Shown piece by piece: positions 8,902 to 16,802 of a stretch of 21,953 nucleotides of DNA (positions are counted from its first letter, which is position 1; every line of letters begins with the position of its first letter). Made by a program: the position numbers and the translations under genes. This DNA is from Promethearchaeota archaeon (lineage in GTDB: Archaea > Asgardarchaeota > Lokiarchaeia > Sigyniarchaeales > SOKP01): NCBI GenBank assembly GCA_016930515.1, contig JAFGGO010000012.1, forward strand, positions 1 through 21,953, written 5' to 3'. Below the pieces are notes generated by a model that saw only the letters and a list, made by a program, of their open reading frames with translations, did not search any database and was not told the DNA's origin.

Positions 8902-10179
8902 ATGAAGAAAATAAAACTGAAACACAGTGGAGCTTCGTTATTATTATCCTTGGTCGTAATTTCTGCGTTCTTAATTCCTTCAATACAAGTAAATAAGATT
9001 AATATAGTAAACAAGCACTATCTCGTAAAAAATTCTGACTTAGGCGTTTCTAATTACACAATAACACAGAGTGTTATATATCGCGTTGAAGTCAATTTCT
9101 CCATAACTCAAACTGGAGTTGGAACTGGGCAATATTACATGAAACATCCTAGATTCGACGATTTAGAACCGACTTCACCTACCTCACCGTATTCTGGACC
9201 ATTTCAAGAAAGCGAGCTTATATATTCCAAAATTACTGGAAGCGAATTTCCCTCCTATACTTTTCGAGATGAATATAACAACACTTTTGATGTATTCAAT
9301 CATTCTGCATTAGCCCGTCATGATACAATACAATTCACCCAAATATATAATATTACGTTAAATGAAGTATCGTATGGAGATCTTTCGAACTTACCAATAA
9401 CAATGAGTGATTACGATCAATCAGATCCAATATTCAAATATTTTTGTAATGAATCTGATCCAATTTATCCAAGAGATAATCCAACCTTAATCGCAAGATC
9501 TAACGCCGTAGCGGGATCGTTTACAAATCCTTACGATAAAGCGAAAGCAATTATTGAATATGTTAGTTCGCATATCACTTACAACGACGAATTAGGTACA
9601 GAAGAAAAAGGGGCACTTTGGGCGGAAGTTCAAGGTACTGGCGATTGTTCTGAATATTCTACATTGATGATAACACTTTTAAGAATACAAGGAATCCCTG
9701 CTCGAAAGGCTGGTGGGTTCATGATCGTTCCGAACATGCAATATATTCCAAATATAGGGCAATCTTGGACATATAATTTTGGTAATCTTTTAGGACACGC
9801 CTGGGTGGAATATTATATTCCTTCGATTGGTTGGATTCAATGTGAACCTCAAAATCCGAGTTATATCAAAAAAAGCAGTTATCTTAGACTTACACAAACA
9901 TTAGGAGCTTGGTTTTCTTTTCCTTATTACAATTATTCTTTAGGATCTGTTCAAGAATATAATATTAGCGAGTATAATATGCTTTTTACAGCTTATACTA
10001 ATGATTTATCTTACGACTATGAGATAAAAATTACCGTTATTGATACAAACTTTATTTTAGGTCCCGACTGGATTTCTATTATCATATGGGTGAGTATTAT
10101 TGGTACAGTAGTCGTTGTTTCAATAACAATCATTCGGGCAATCGTTGTTAAAAAACGAAGGAATAAAAATGCTTGGTAA
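8902..10179 (+). CDS. Secreted, membrane-anchored transglutaminase-like (cysteine protease fold) protein
   Basis: Signal peptide MKKIKLKH + hydrophobic stretch; YDKAKAIIEYV..HITY; GDCSEYSTLMITLLRIQGIPAR (Cys); GHAWVEYYIP..GWIQCEP (His; Glu at the usual Asp); C-terminal TM helix followed by KKRR. Confidence 0.88.
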   Translation: MKKIKLKHSGASLLLSLVVISAFLIPSIQVNKINIVNKHYLVKNSDLGVSNYTITQSVIYRVEVNFSITQTGVGTGQYYMKHPRFDDLEPTSPTSPYSGPFQESELIYSKITGSEFPSYTFRDEYNNTFDVFNHSALARHDTIQFTQIYNITLNEVSYGDLSNLPITMSDYDQSDPIFKYFCNESDPIYPRDNPTLIARSNAVAGSFTNPYDKAKAIIEYVSSHITYNDELGTEEKGALWAEVQGTGDCSEYSTLMITLLRIQGIPARKAGGFMIVPNMQYIPNIGQSWTYNFGNLLGHAWVEYYIPSIGWIQCEPQNPSYIKKSSYLRLTQTLGAWFSFPYYNYSLGSVQEYNISEYNMLFTAYTNDLSYDYEIKITVIDTNFILGPDWISIIIWVSIIGTVVVVSITIIRAIVVKKRRNKNAW

Positions 10180-10209
10180 ACTCTTTTTAAAAAACATCTT
10201 TTTTTTCTT

Positions 10210-11628
10210 TTATATATAGGTTTTCATCAAATCTCCCAAATTAAGGGTAAATTCTGGGACGCTAGTTTCAATTTTATCGATTCCAAATTGCTCTTCGATG
10301 AAAAATAGCAGGTATAAGTTGTATTTTTCGACTTTAATTTTTTTAAATACGATTTTTTTTGATTCGTCCGTAATTCCTGAAGAAACCAAGAAGTCTTTTT
10401 TCAGCATTTTAAATTCCTTGAATGTTTTATAAAGCGTTTGAAAATGAGGTGCGGAGATTTCAAAGCACTTGTTTGACAATTCATCGTTCGTAGAATAATT
10501 TGAAAGGATTATGCCTTTCTCGTTAAGAAGGAGCAATGCACTTGAATTCGTCTTATTTGCGAGAATTCTTAGTTGATTTTCAAATAACTCGCGATTCGGG
10601 CTTAATTGCGACAAACCGAAAGAGTATGCTGAAATCAAGGAATAATGGTCGAAAATCGATGTTTTAAAGACTTTGATGAAAAAGTTCTGAGTGCAGTTCT
10701 GAATTTCTTCGGTAATATCGTCGCTAAGTTCGTCAAGCTCGAGCATGCCTTTCAGATCGGGGTCGTATTTATTAAAACATACTACAATGGGTGGATATTC
10801 CTCCAATTGTCTGAGTGTTTCAACGATATTTTTGAAAAGCTCAAGAGCTATTTCGATTCTTCTCTCATCCTGGATGTCAATCAAATAATAAATTAAATCG
10901 GCGTTGTATAAGTAGATCTTACTTTGTTCTAAGTATTTTTCACGATATTTCTTTTGACCTCCTAAGTCCCAAATGGAAATCTGAGATTCTTGTTCTTCAA
11001 AAAGACGCTCCTCTGAGCGTTCAATCCCCTTTGTTGGTAATACTTTTATTATTTCAGAATATTTCTTATTAACACCTAGTAAAAAGCTTGATTTTCCCGC
11101 TTTATCTAATCCTGCAAACAGAATTTTTAAATTTCTTTTTGTCGAAAAAGGATCCTTCAATTCTTTTGTAAATTCTATCAAATCTTCTTTCAAACTAAAA
11201 ATGGTTTTTGAATGCTCCTCGTAATTACTAGATCCTTGGATCGTGCCCGCTGCCTTATCGAGAAGGATTCTGAGGTATTTCATGTTCGTGTAAAAAAAAC
11301 TGCTATTTTTTTCGTCAATGAGAAGCGTAATCGTTGCTGCTTTTGCTTGACCACGCGCTTGATCGTCGGCGATCAAGAAGAAATAAGTTAATCCGTTGTA
11401 TTGAAGGTCAGGAAAAGGCAATATTCCAAAATAATTAATGCCGTCGATTTGATCTCCGTTTTGATATATGGAATCCCCCATTAATAAGCTAATCGTTTTC
11501 ATGGCAATGACCGAGCGAGCAAGTTCATCCATGTCTTCGGGAAGATAGAATACTGGTGTTGGTCCGTCCTCGTCAAAGATAGAAAGGACAATTCCCCTGA
11601 TTATCTCTTGCTTATTCTCTGATGTCAT
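10210..11628 (-). CDS. Three-domain protein: uDENN/longin-like domain + Rag/Arf-like small GTPase + C-terminal roadblock/longin-like domain
   Basis: G1 GLDKAGKS (aa173-180), switch I PT (T199), G3 WDLGGQ (220-225), G4 NKYD (286-289), Rag-type G5 TSIFD (323-327). C-terminal ~125 aa contain ALLLLNEKGIILSNY. N-terminal ~160 aa begin IRGIVLSIFDEDGP...PED and contain FFLIADDQARG. Confidence 0.88.
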   Translation of the reverse strand: MTSENKQEIIRGIVLSIFDEDGPTPVFYLPEDMDELARSVIAMKTISLLMGDSIYQNGDQIDGINYFGILPFPDLQYNGLTYFFLIADDQARGQAKAATITLLIDEKNSSFFYTNMKYLRILLDKAAGTIQGSSNYEEHSKTIFSLKEDLIEFTKELKDPFSTKRNLKILFAGLDKAGKSSFLLGVNKKYSEIIKVLPTKGIERSEERLFEEQESQISIWDLGGQKKYREKYLEQSKIYLYNADLIYYLIDIQDERRIEIALELFKNIVETLRQLEEYPPIVVCFNKYDPDLKGMLELDELSDDITEEIQNCTQNFFIKVFKTSIFDHYSLISAYSFGLSQLSPNRELFENQLRILANKTNSSALLLLNEKGIILSNYSTNDELSNKCFEISAPHFQTLYKTFKEFKMLKKDFLVSSGITDESKKIVFKKIKVEKYNLYLLFFIEEQFGIDKIETSVPEFTLNLGDLMKTYI

Positions 11629-11795
11629 TGTTCCTGAGACGATATCCCGATCTATTTTTTTCTGAATAACAAATAATGTAAATTATTGCAATAATAATAA
11701 TTTGATTATTAAAGATCTTTGATTTAACTTCGATTAAATTATAAATTTTAGAGTCTCTCGATAGATAAAAAAAATATTTAATTTCTATAAATAAA

Positions 11796-12590
11796 ATGCT
11801 TCTTGGTAATGCTGCAATAGATATTAAATCCTTTTTTTTCGAAATATTCCAAATTCTTAGCAGACAAGATCGAAGCATTACCGAAGTTTGGATTGAAGTC
11901 TCAAACCTCGAATTTCTTAAAGAATTTAAAAAGTTTTCTCAAGTACGCGATTTCCTTTACGATTTTAATTTTATAAAGATTAAGGACGGAAATTATGTTA
12001 AAAATGCTTACATCGTAATCGATAAAATCCAATTTATTTGCGAATCAATGATGTTTCTCGATCTTGATCTGAGGAACTTGGCAATTCTATTGGATTTCAG
12101 CGGATTTGAATCGTTGGTGAAAGAAATTCTTTTTCGACATGGTTATCGCGCTTTAAAAAATTTTAGGTTCTCTAATAAAACCTCTGAAAGGCAAAAACGA
12201 TTTGAGATCGATGTGATAGGCATAAAAAGAAATTTAATTTTGATTATAGACGCAAAACAATGGATGAAAAAAGATTCACCTGCGGCAATGAGCAAGGCTG
12301 CAAACATGCAATTTCAAAGGGTCGTGGCTCTGAAAAACAATTCTGTGGTTTTTTCAGACATGATTCAAGAATTATTAGGAAAAAAAGCAAAAATAAGAAA
12401 AAATTTACCTTTTGTGTTGATCCCTTTAATGATCTCCTTGGAAGACAATTACTTACCATTGAATGAGAATAATATCCCTTTAGTGTCAATTTATCGATTT
12501 AATTCTTTTTTAAATGAGCTTAACTTGAACCTGCAAACATATAAACATGTAATGGTCAATAAAATAAGCCTGCAAAAACAATTAATTTAA
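11796..12590 (+). CDS. PD-(D/E)xK restriction-endonuclease-like protein (Mrr_cat/NERD-like)
   Basis: LDFSGFESLVKEILFRHGY (helix with Glu), then FEIDVIGIKRNLILIIDAKQW (D...D-x-K catalytic motif). Start codon uncertain. Confidence 0.78.
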   Translation: MLLGNAAIDIKSFFFEIFQILSRQDRSITEVWIEVSNLEFLKEFKKFSQVRDFLYDFNFIKIKDGNYVKNAYIVIDKIQFICESMMFLDLDLRNLAILLDFSGFESLVKEILFRHGYRALKNFRFSNKTSERQKRFEIDVIGIKRNLILIIDAKQWMKKDSPAAMSKAANMQFQRVVALKNNSVVFSDMIQELLGKKAKIRKNLPFVLIPLMISLEDNYLPLNENNIPLVSIYRFNSFLNELNLNLQTYKHVMVNKISLQKQLI

Positions 12591-12610
12591 AATTATTTCT
12601 AATATATAAC

Positions 12611-12651
12611 ACTATATATATCAAGCGGATCGAAATATTTATATATATAGT
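12611..12651. promoter_or_regulatory. 11-bp inverted repeat overlapping a TATA-like element upstream of the small ORF at 12712
   Basis: ACTATATATAT (12611-12621) / ATATATATAGT (12641-12651) with a 19-bp spacer; TTTATATA at 12638-12645. The arms are low complexity. Confidence 0.35.
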
Positions 12652-12711
12652 ATGATATAGATCGTTAAGGAATCAAAAATTATTAAACTAAATAGAGGCA
12701 AACAACCAAAC

Positions 12712-12819
12712 ATGTCATTAAAAGGTTTTGTTGAAATAGTTATGGGAATTATTGGAATGACGGGTTTAATAACCTTAGCTAGTCTTTTGTTGATCCTCTC
12801 CAACTATATTTTTGTTTAA
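12712..12819 (+). CDS. Small single-pass membrane protein (35 aa), not in the ORF track
   Basis: MSLKGFVEIVMGIIGMTGLITLASLLLILSNYIFV*. Uniformly hydrophobic, and more G-rich than the flanking intergenic DNA. Upstream TATA-like box and GAGG at 12695-12698. Confidence 0.55.
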   Translation: MSLKGFVEIVMGIIGMTGLITLASLLLILSNYIFV

Positions 12820-12945
12820 TGCAATAATTAGAATTAATTTCTTGAATCATTCTAAAAATATTCAAATCGTATTTAATTATTTAAATTCTAAATATATAAT
12901 ATCTGATTTGTTTTAAGGGAATTAAAAAAAGTATAGAACCAACTT

Positions 12946-14136
12946 TTAAGGTTGGGAGCTTAAATATTCGATAATATCGTTCGTAATACTAGCTACTGCC
13001 ATGTTAATAATTCCTCTCCTTACTTTTGGGTGAGAAAATATCATTAATACGATTCCCTTGACGATGGGTGATTTCTTATCGCTGAGTGGTGCCAAATCCA
13101 GAATACCTTCTGATCCGCGTATCGATATAGACTCAAGATCGCCTGCACTTAATCCGTGTATGATGTCCGCTCCAATCATTGATAAATTCTGTCCAATCGT
13201 CGCAAACAAGGAATCTGAGAATCTCCCAGAAATTGCTGCTGCTAAAATGGTACCATCGTTTTTAATCAAGGCACCTGCTTCAATATGATTGTCAATGGTA
13301 AGTAAACGCTTTAAAATGTCGTTCATGTTATCTAGTTTGATCTTTTCCACTAAAGACTTCTCTTTTAGTTCAGGGGTTTTATCTGAACTTCGTTCCTTGT
13401 TAACTTTTAATTTGCTAGAAAGAAATTTAAGTACATTTGTCATGTCTTCTTCTAATTCTAGAAGTTTATGTTTTTCGGAAACGCTCGATTCCTGAATCAT
13501 ATTTTCCAAAACTGGTGATTCGTTTATATGATTAACTTTAGAAGCATTTTCAATAGTGCCATCCGAATCTTGAATTTTATGATCTTTAGATTCTTCTAAA
13601 GGTTTAGTTTTAGGTAACGATTTAGTAGTAGGTAAGGACTTGGTTGTTGGTTTTATGGGTGTATTCTTTTGAGCAATAATGGATCCACTGAACGGTTGAG
13701 GCGTTATTTCCTGTAATATTTGAGATTTATTATCAAAATCCCTTGGATCATCAGATTTTCCTGCCTGCTGTTGATCATTTAAATGCAATTTCGGTTCTTG
13801 AGGTCCAATAGGCTTTTCTAGTTTTTCTTCTTCTTTTTCATCTTCATCCTCATTAGCTTTGGGAATTTCCTGTAAATCCATAGTTGTCGCTACGGAGTGG
13901 AAGGGTGTTGATATCGCATCGCTATCGTCTTCTATTGAAATATTAATTTCTTGATCATTTGTTTGAGAAATAATTTCCTCTCCAATTATCTTTATATCGT
14001 CTTCATCGTTTTCAATCGGCTTAGGTAAAGTAATACGGCGACGTCTTGATTGTACGGGTAATAAAGCCCCACATTTATTACACGCAAGAGCCTCATCATC
14101 ACTATTCGTTGCTCCACAATTGCTACATATTCTCAT
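12946..14136 (-). CDS. Zinc-ribbon + long disordered linker + C-terminal Roadblock/LC7 (MglB-like) domain protein
   Basis: N-terminal CSNCG...CNKCG followed by RRRR; ~230 aa acidic/Pro/Ser/Thr/Lys-rich region; last ~125 aa (DILKRLL....IEAGALIKNDGTILAA...GDLESISIRGSEG...VLMIFS....RGIINM) are a typical roadblock. Confidence 0.82.
   Translation of the reverse strand: MRICSNCGATNSDDEALACNKCGALLPVQSRRRRITLPKPIENDEDDIKIIGEEIISQTNDQEINISIEDDSDAISTPFHSVATTMDLQEIPKANEDEDEKEEEKLEKPIGPQEPKLHLNDQQQAGKSDDPRDFDNKSQILQEITPQPFSGSIIAQKNTPIKPTTKSLPTTKSLPKTKPLEESKDHKIQDSDGTIENASKVNHINESPVLENMIQESSVSEKHKLLELEEDMTNVLKFLSSKLKVNKERSSDKTPELKEKSLVEKIKLDNMNDILKRLLTIDNHIEAGALIKNDGTILAAAISGRFSDSLFATIGQNLSMIGADIIHGLSAGDLESISIRGSEGILDLAPLSDKKSPIVKGIVLMIFSHPKVRRGIINMAVASITNDIIEYLSSQP
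13597..13650 (-). repeat. Three degenerate 18-bp coding repeats (PTTKSL PTTKSL PKTKPL)
   Basis: Visible in the translation; codons are synonymously diverged (CCAACAACCAAGTCCTTA / CCTACTACTAAATCGTTA / CCTAAAACTAAACCTTTA). Confidence 0.75.
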
Positions 14137-14268
14137 AATTCGATAGGTTAAATGAAACCCAATTAATTTATTTTTTGTCTAGTAAAAATAATGCTTAAAA
14201 ATAATTAAATTTAGCGAATATTGATACCAAATTGAAAATTCTCCTAACAGGCAAACCGTACGATTTTC

Positions 14269-15219
14269 CTACTTTTTCAATACTTCTTGAATGAGACTAC
14301 CAAATGTATCGAAGTATGAATTGTTAAATTCGCTTGTTTGTTTGTGAAGAATGATGTAATACTCGTGGGAATTGTCTTTAATCAAGATTTCCTTAAATAT
14401 AAAATAATCGCCAAATCGCTGTATGAGCATATGGCTATTGGCGAGCTCTTCTGGACTTTTATTAGAAAATTTATGAAAGCTATCGTTTAATGCAAGGAAA
14501 TATGGCATTGTTGACATTAAAATGTTTTCAGATTCCTTGTTTTTAAAGTATGTGCTTACGATGAGAGAATTGTGGTCAATAATAACCGCTCCTTTTGCTT
14601 CTAATTTACGGGCGAATTCTTCGATGGTTTTTTGCAGGAGTTCAGCTTTCGTATATAAACTCAGAAGAATTTCCGACATTGCTTGTATTATAGTAGGAGG
14701 GTCGTATATTGATGTTTTATAGAAATGGATTTTCTTGTATTTTATATCTTTTGATATTACTTTTTGGATGGAATCAATAGAATTATCTAATTCGTTTTTT
14801 GATGTCTTTATTAGCGCTGGATCGTATTTGTGAAAAAATACAAAAATAGGGGGTTCGATTTCGAGCTTTTCAAATTGTTCTATCACATCTTTCAAATAAC
14901 TTAGAGCTTCTTCGTGGCGATCCTTGTTTAAAATATCAATAACATAAATGGTAATTTCCGTCCCTTCAAAATATTTATTCGGATTTTTCAAATATGCGAT
15001 TCGATAGTTCTCTTGTCCTCCGAGATCCCATTCCGCTATACTTTTTCCCAAAAAGCTAAATATTCTTCTTTGAGCTCCCCGAGTTGGGGAGAGTAATGCG
15101 AATTTGGATAATTCTCTCTGTATCATTAAAATAGTGGATGTCTTCCCCGCCGCATCTAATCCTGTAAATAAAATCTTATGAGCCTCGCTGTCTTCTTTAA
15201 GATATTCCAATAATTTCAC
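14269..15219 (-). CDS. Rag-like small GTPase with C-terminal roadblock-like domain
   Basis: G1 GLDAAGKT, switch I SPTRG, G3 WDLGGQ, Rag-type G4 HKYD and G5 TSIYD; C-terminal domain begins LLQKTIEEFARKLEAKGAVIIDHNSLIVSTY. GTG at 15219; in-frame ATA at 15228 may be the true start. Confidence 0.88.
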   Translation of the reverse strand: MKLLEYLKEDSEAHKILFTGLDAAGKTSTILMIQRELSKFALLSPTRGAQRRIFSFLGKSIAEWDLGGQENYRIAYLKNPNKYFEGTEITIYVIDILNKDRHEEALSYLKDVIEQFEKLEIEPPIFVFFHKYDPALIKTSKNELDNSIDSIQKVISKDIKYKKIHFYKTSIYDPPTIIQAMSEILLSLYTKAELLQKTIEEFARKLEAKGAVIIDHNSLIVSTYFKNKESENILMSTMPYFLALNDSFHKFSNKSPEELANSHMLIQRFGDYFIFKEILIKDNSHEYYIILHKQTSEFNNSYFDTFGSLIQEVLKK

Positions 15220-15302
15220 CTTTGATATGAACTACCTCTTATAAAAAAGAAGATCAAGATAAATATATATTTTATGCAGTGAAAGATGGAAATTCCAAAT
15301 CT

Positions 15303-16655
15303 TTAGAATTTTTTACTTAAAAATCGTCGAAAATCGCTGTAATTATCGATCTCGGCCTCGTTAGAAAATTCTTTTTTACTTTGTATTTTTAGTAAGGAAT
15401 CTGGAATTTTTGGAGTAACACCAACTAGAGATACGATTTCTTCAGGAAATTTCGCGGGATCTGCAGTCTCCAAGGAAATACCCTTAAATTTAGCGTGTTT
15501 AGGATACTGGTTTCGATATATCTTTAAAGCCGCCCATCCAACTGCTCCATGGGGTTCTACAATTCCTCCGTGTTTTTGGTGAAATTGTCCAATGGTCTTT
15601 TTCGTGAGTTCGTCCGTAATAGAAAAAGATGCGATATCTCGTCTCATCTCGTCTAAATTTGGTTCTTGGTGAATGATTCCCTTTTCATCGATTTGCCCCC
15701 CGTATAAGTCAATCACTCTTGCTAAATTCGAAGGATGTCCAACATTCATGGCGTTGCTAATGCATTTTCTCGAAGGTTCGACTTTTTGATACCTTCCCGT
15801 TTTTAAGAAATTTGGAAACTCGTCGTTCTCATTAACCGCTGAGATGAACTTTTTTACGGGAAGCCCCATTTTCTTTGCTATGAGCCCTCCCATTAGGTTT
15901 CCAAAATTTCCCGAAGGAACTGAAAAAATGACTTTTTCTCCTACTTTATCGGCCACACGCGAATAACTCCAAAAATAATAGATGCTTTGAGGTAAAAGCC
16001 TACCTATGTTTATTGAATTCGCGGAAGACAAGTTTATATGCTTTAACTCTTCATCAGCAAAGGCAGTTTTTACCAAATGTTGGCAATCATCAAATTTTCC
16101 ATCAATACCGATTGCTGTAACATTTTTTCCCAGCGTAGTCATTTGCTTGCGTTGTAAATCGCTAATTTCTTTTTTCGGGTAAAGAACAACAATATTAATA
16201 TTTTCCATTTCATAAAAGGCTTGGGCCACGGCACCTCCAGTGTCTCCAGATGTTGCGGTGAGAATAATGATCTTCTTGTCTTCCTCTTTTAGATAATATT
16301 CCACGATTCTTGCGAGAGATCTAGCGCCAAAATCTTTAAAACTGCATGTGGGGCCCTTATCTAAATAACATATATAATCCTTTTGATCTATTTTTTGAAT
16401 GGGGACAGGAAAATTTAGGGCTCTTTTTAATAGAAGCTTTAAATTTTTCTCGGGAATGGAGTCTCCCAAAAGCTTAGAAATAATCGTTGAAGCTATATCG
16501 CTTAACTTTAATTCTCTAAAGGAGAAAATTTCATCTATTGACAGGGAAGGAATTTGATTTAACATGTATAAACCCTTGTCCAAAGCTTGTCCTGTCAATA
16601 TTGCGGTTTTAAAATCAACATCAAGCGTATTTCGGTTCGTGGAGTGCAACAACAT
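15303..16655 (-). CDS. thrC: Threonine synthase (long, E. coli/fungal-type)
   Basis: GPTCSFKDFGAR (PLP Lys), ATSGDTGGAVA, LYPK..ISDLQRKQMTT, FDDCQ.LVK, SANSINIGRLLPQ, VPSGNFGN, ISNAMNVGHPSN, EPHGAVG, LETADPAKF. Confidence 0.95.
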   Translation of the reverse strand: MLLHSTNRNTLDVDFKTAILTGQALDKGLYMLNQIPSLSIDEIFSFRELKLSDIASTIISKLLGDSIPEKNLKLLLKRALNFPVPIQKIDQKDYICYLDKGPTCSFKDFGARSLARIVEYYLKEEDKKIIILTATSGDTGGAVAQAFYEMENINIVVLYPKKEISDLQRKQMTTLGKNVTAIGIDGKFDDCQHLVKTAFADEELKHINLSSANSINIGRLLPQSIYYFWSYSRVADKVGEKVIFSVPSGNFGNLMGGLIAKKMGLPVKKFISAVNENDEFPNFLKTGRYQKVEPSRKCISNAMNVGHPSNLARVIDLYGGQIDEKGIIHQEPNLDEMRRDIASFSITDELTKKTIGQFHQKHGGIVEPHGAVGWAALKIYRNQYPKHAKFKGISLETADPAKFPEEIVSLVGVTPKIPDSLLKIQSKKEFSNEAEIDNYSDFRRFLSKKF

Positions 16656-16802
16656 GTCGTATATACTCGTAAAAAATTGTGAAAATGTTTTCTATAAGGA
16701 TTTTAATAAAACATATTTTAATAATAATGCATTTTATTTTAGCTTAATTTTAAATTAATCTGATGTCATGATCTTAATTATAACGATTGAAAATTGATAT
16801 TT

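Noticed and set aside
11612-11878. 88-aa minus-strand ORF upstream of the longin-GTPase gene
   Set aside because: Overlaps both flanking genes, spans an AT-rich divergent promoter region and has low-complexity Ile/Lys composition.
11796-12590. Restriction-modification or defence island
   Set aside because: No DNA methyltransferase, specificity subunit or mobility gene nearby; the methyltransferase at 5953 has tRNA (Trm9-like) motifs, not DNA MTase motifs.
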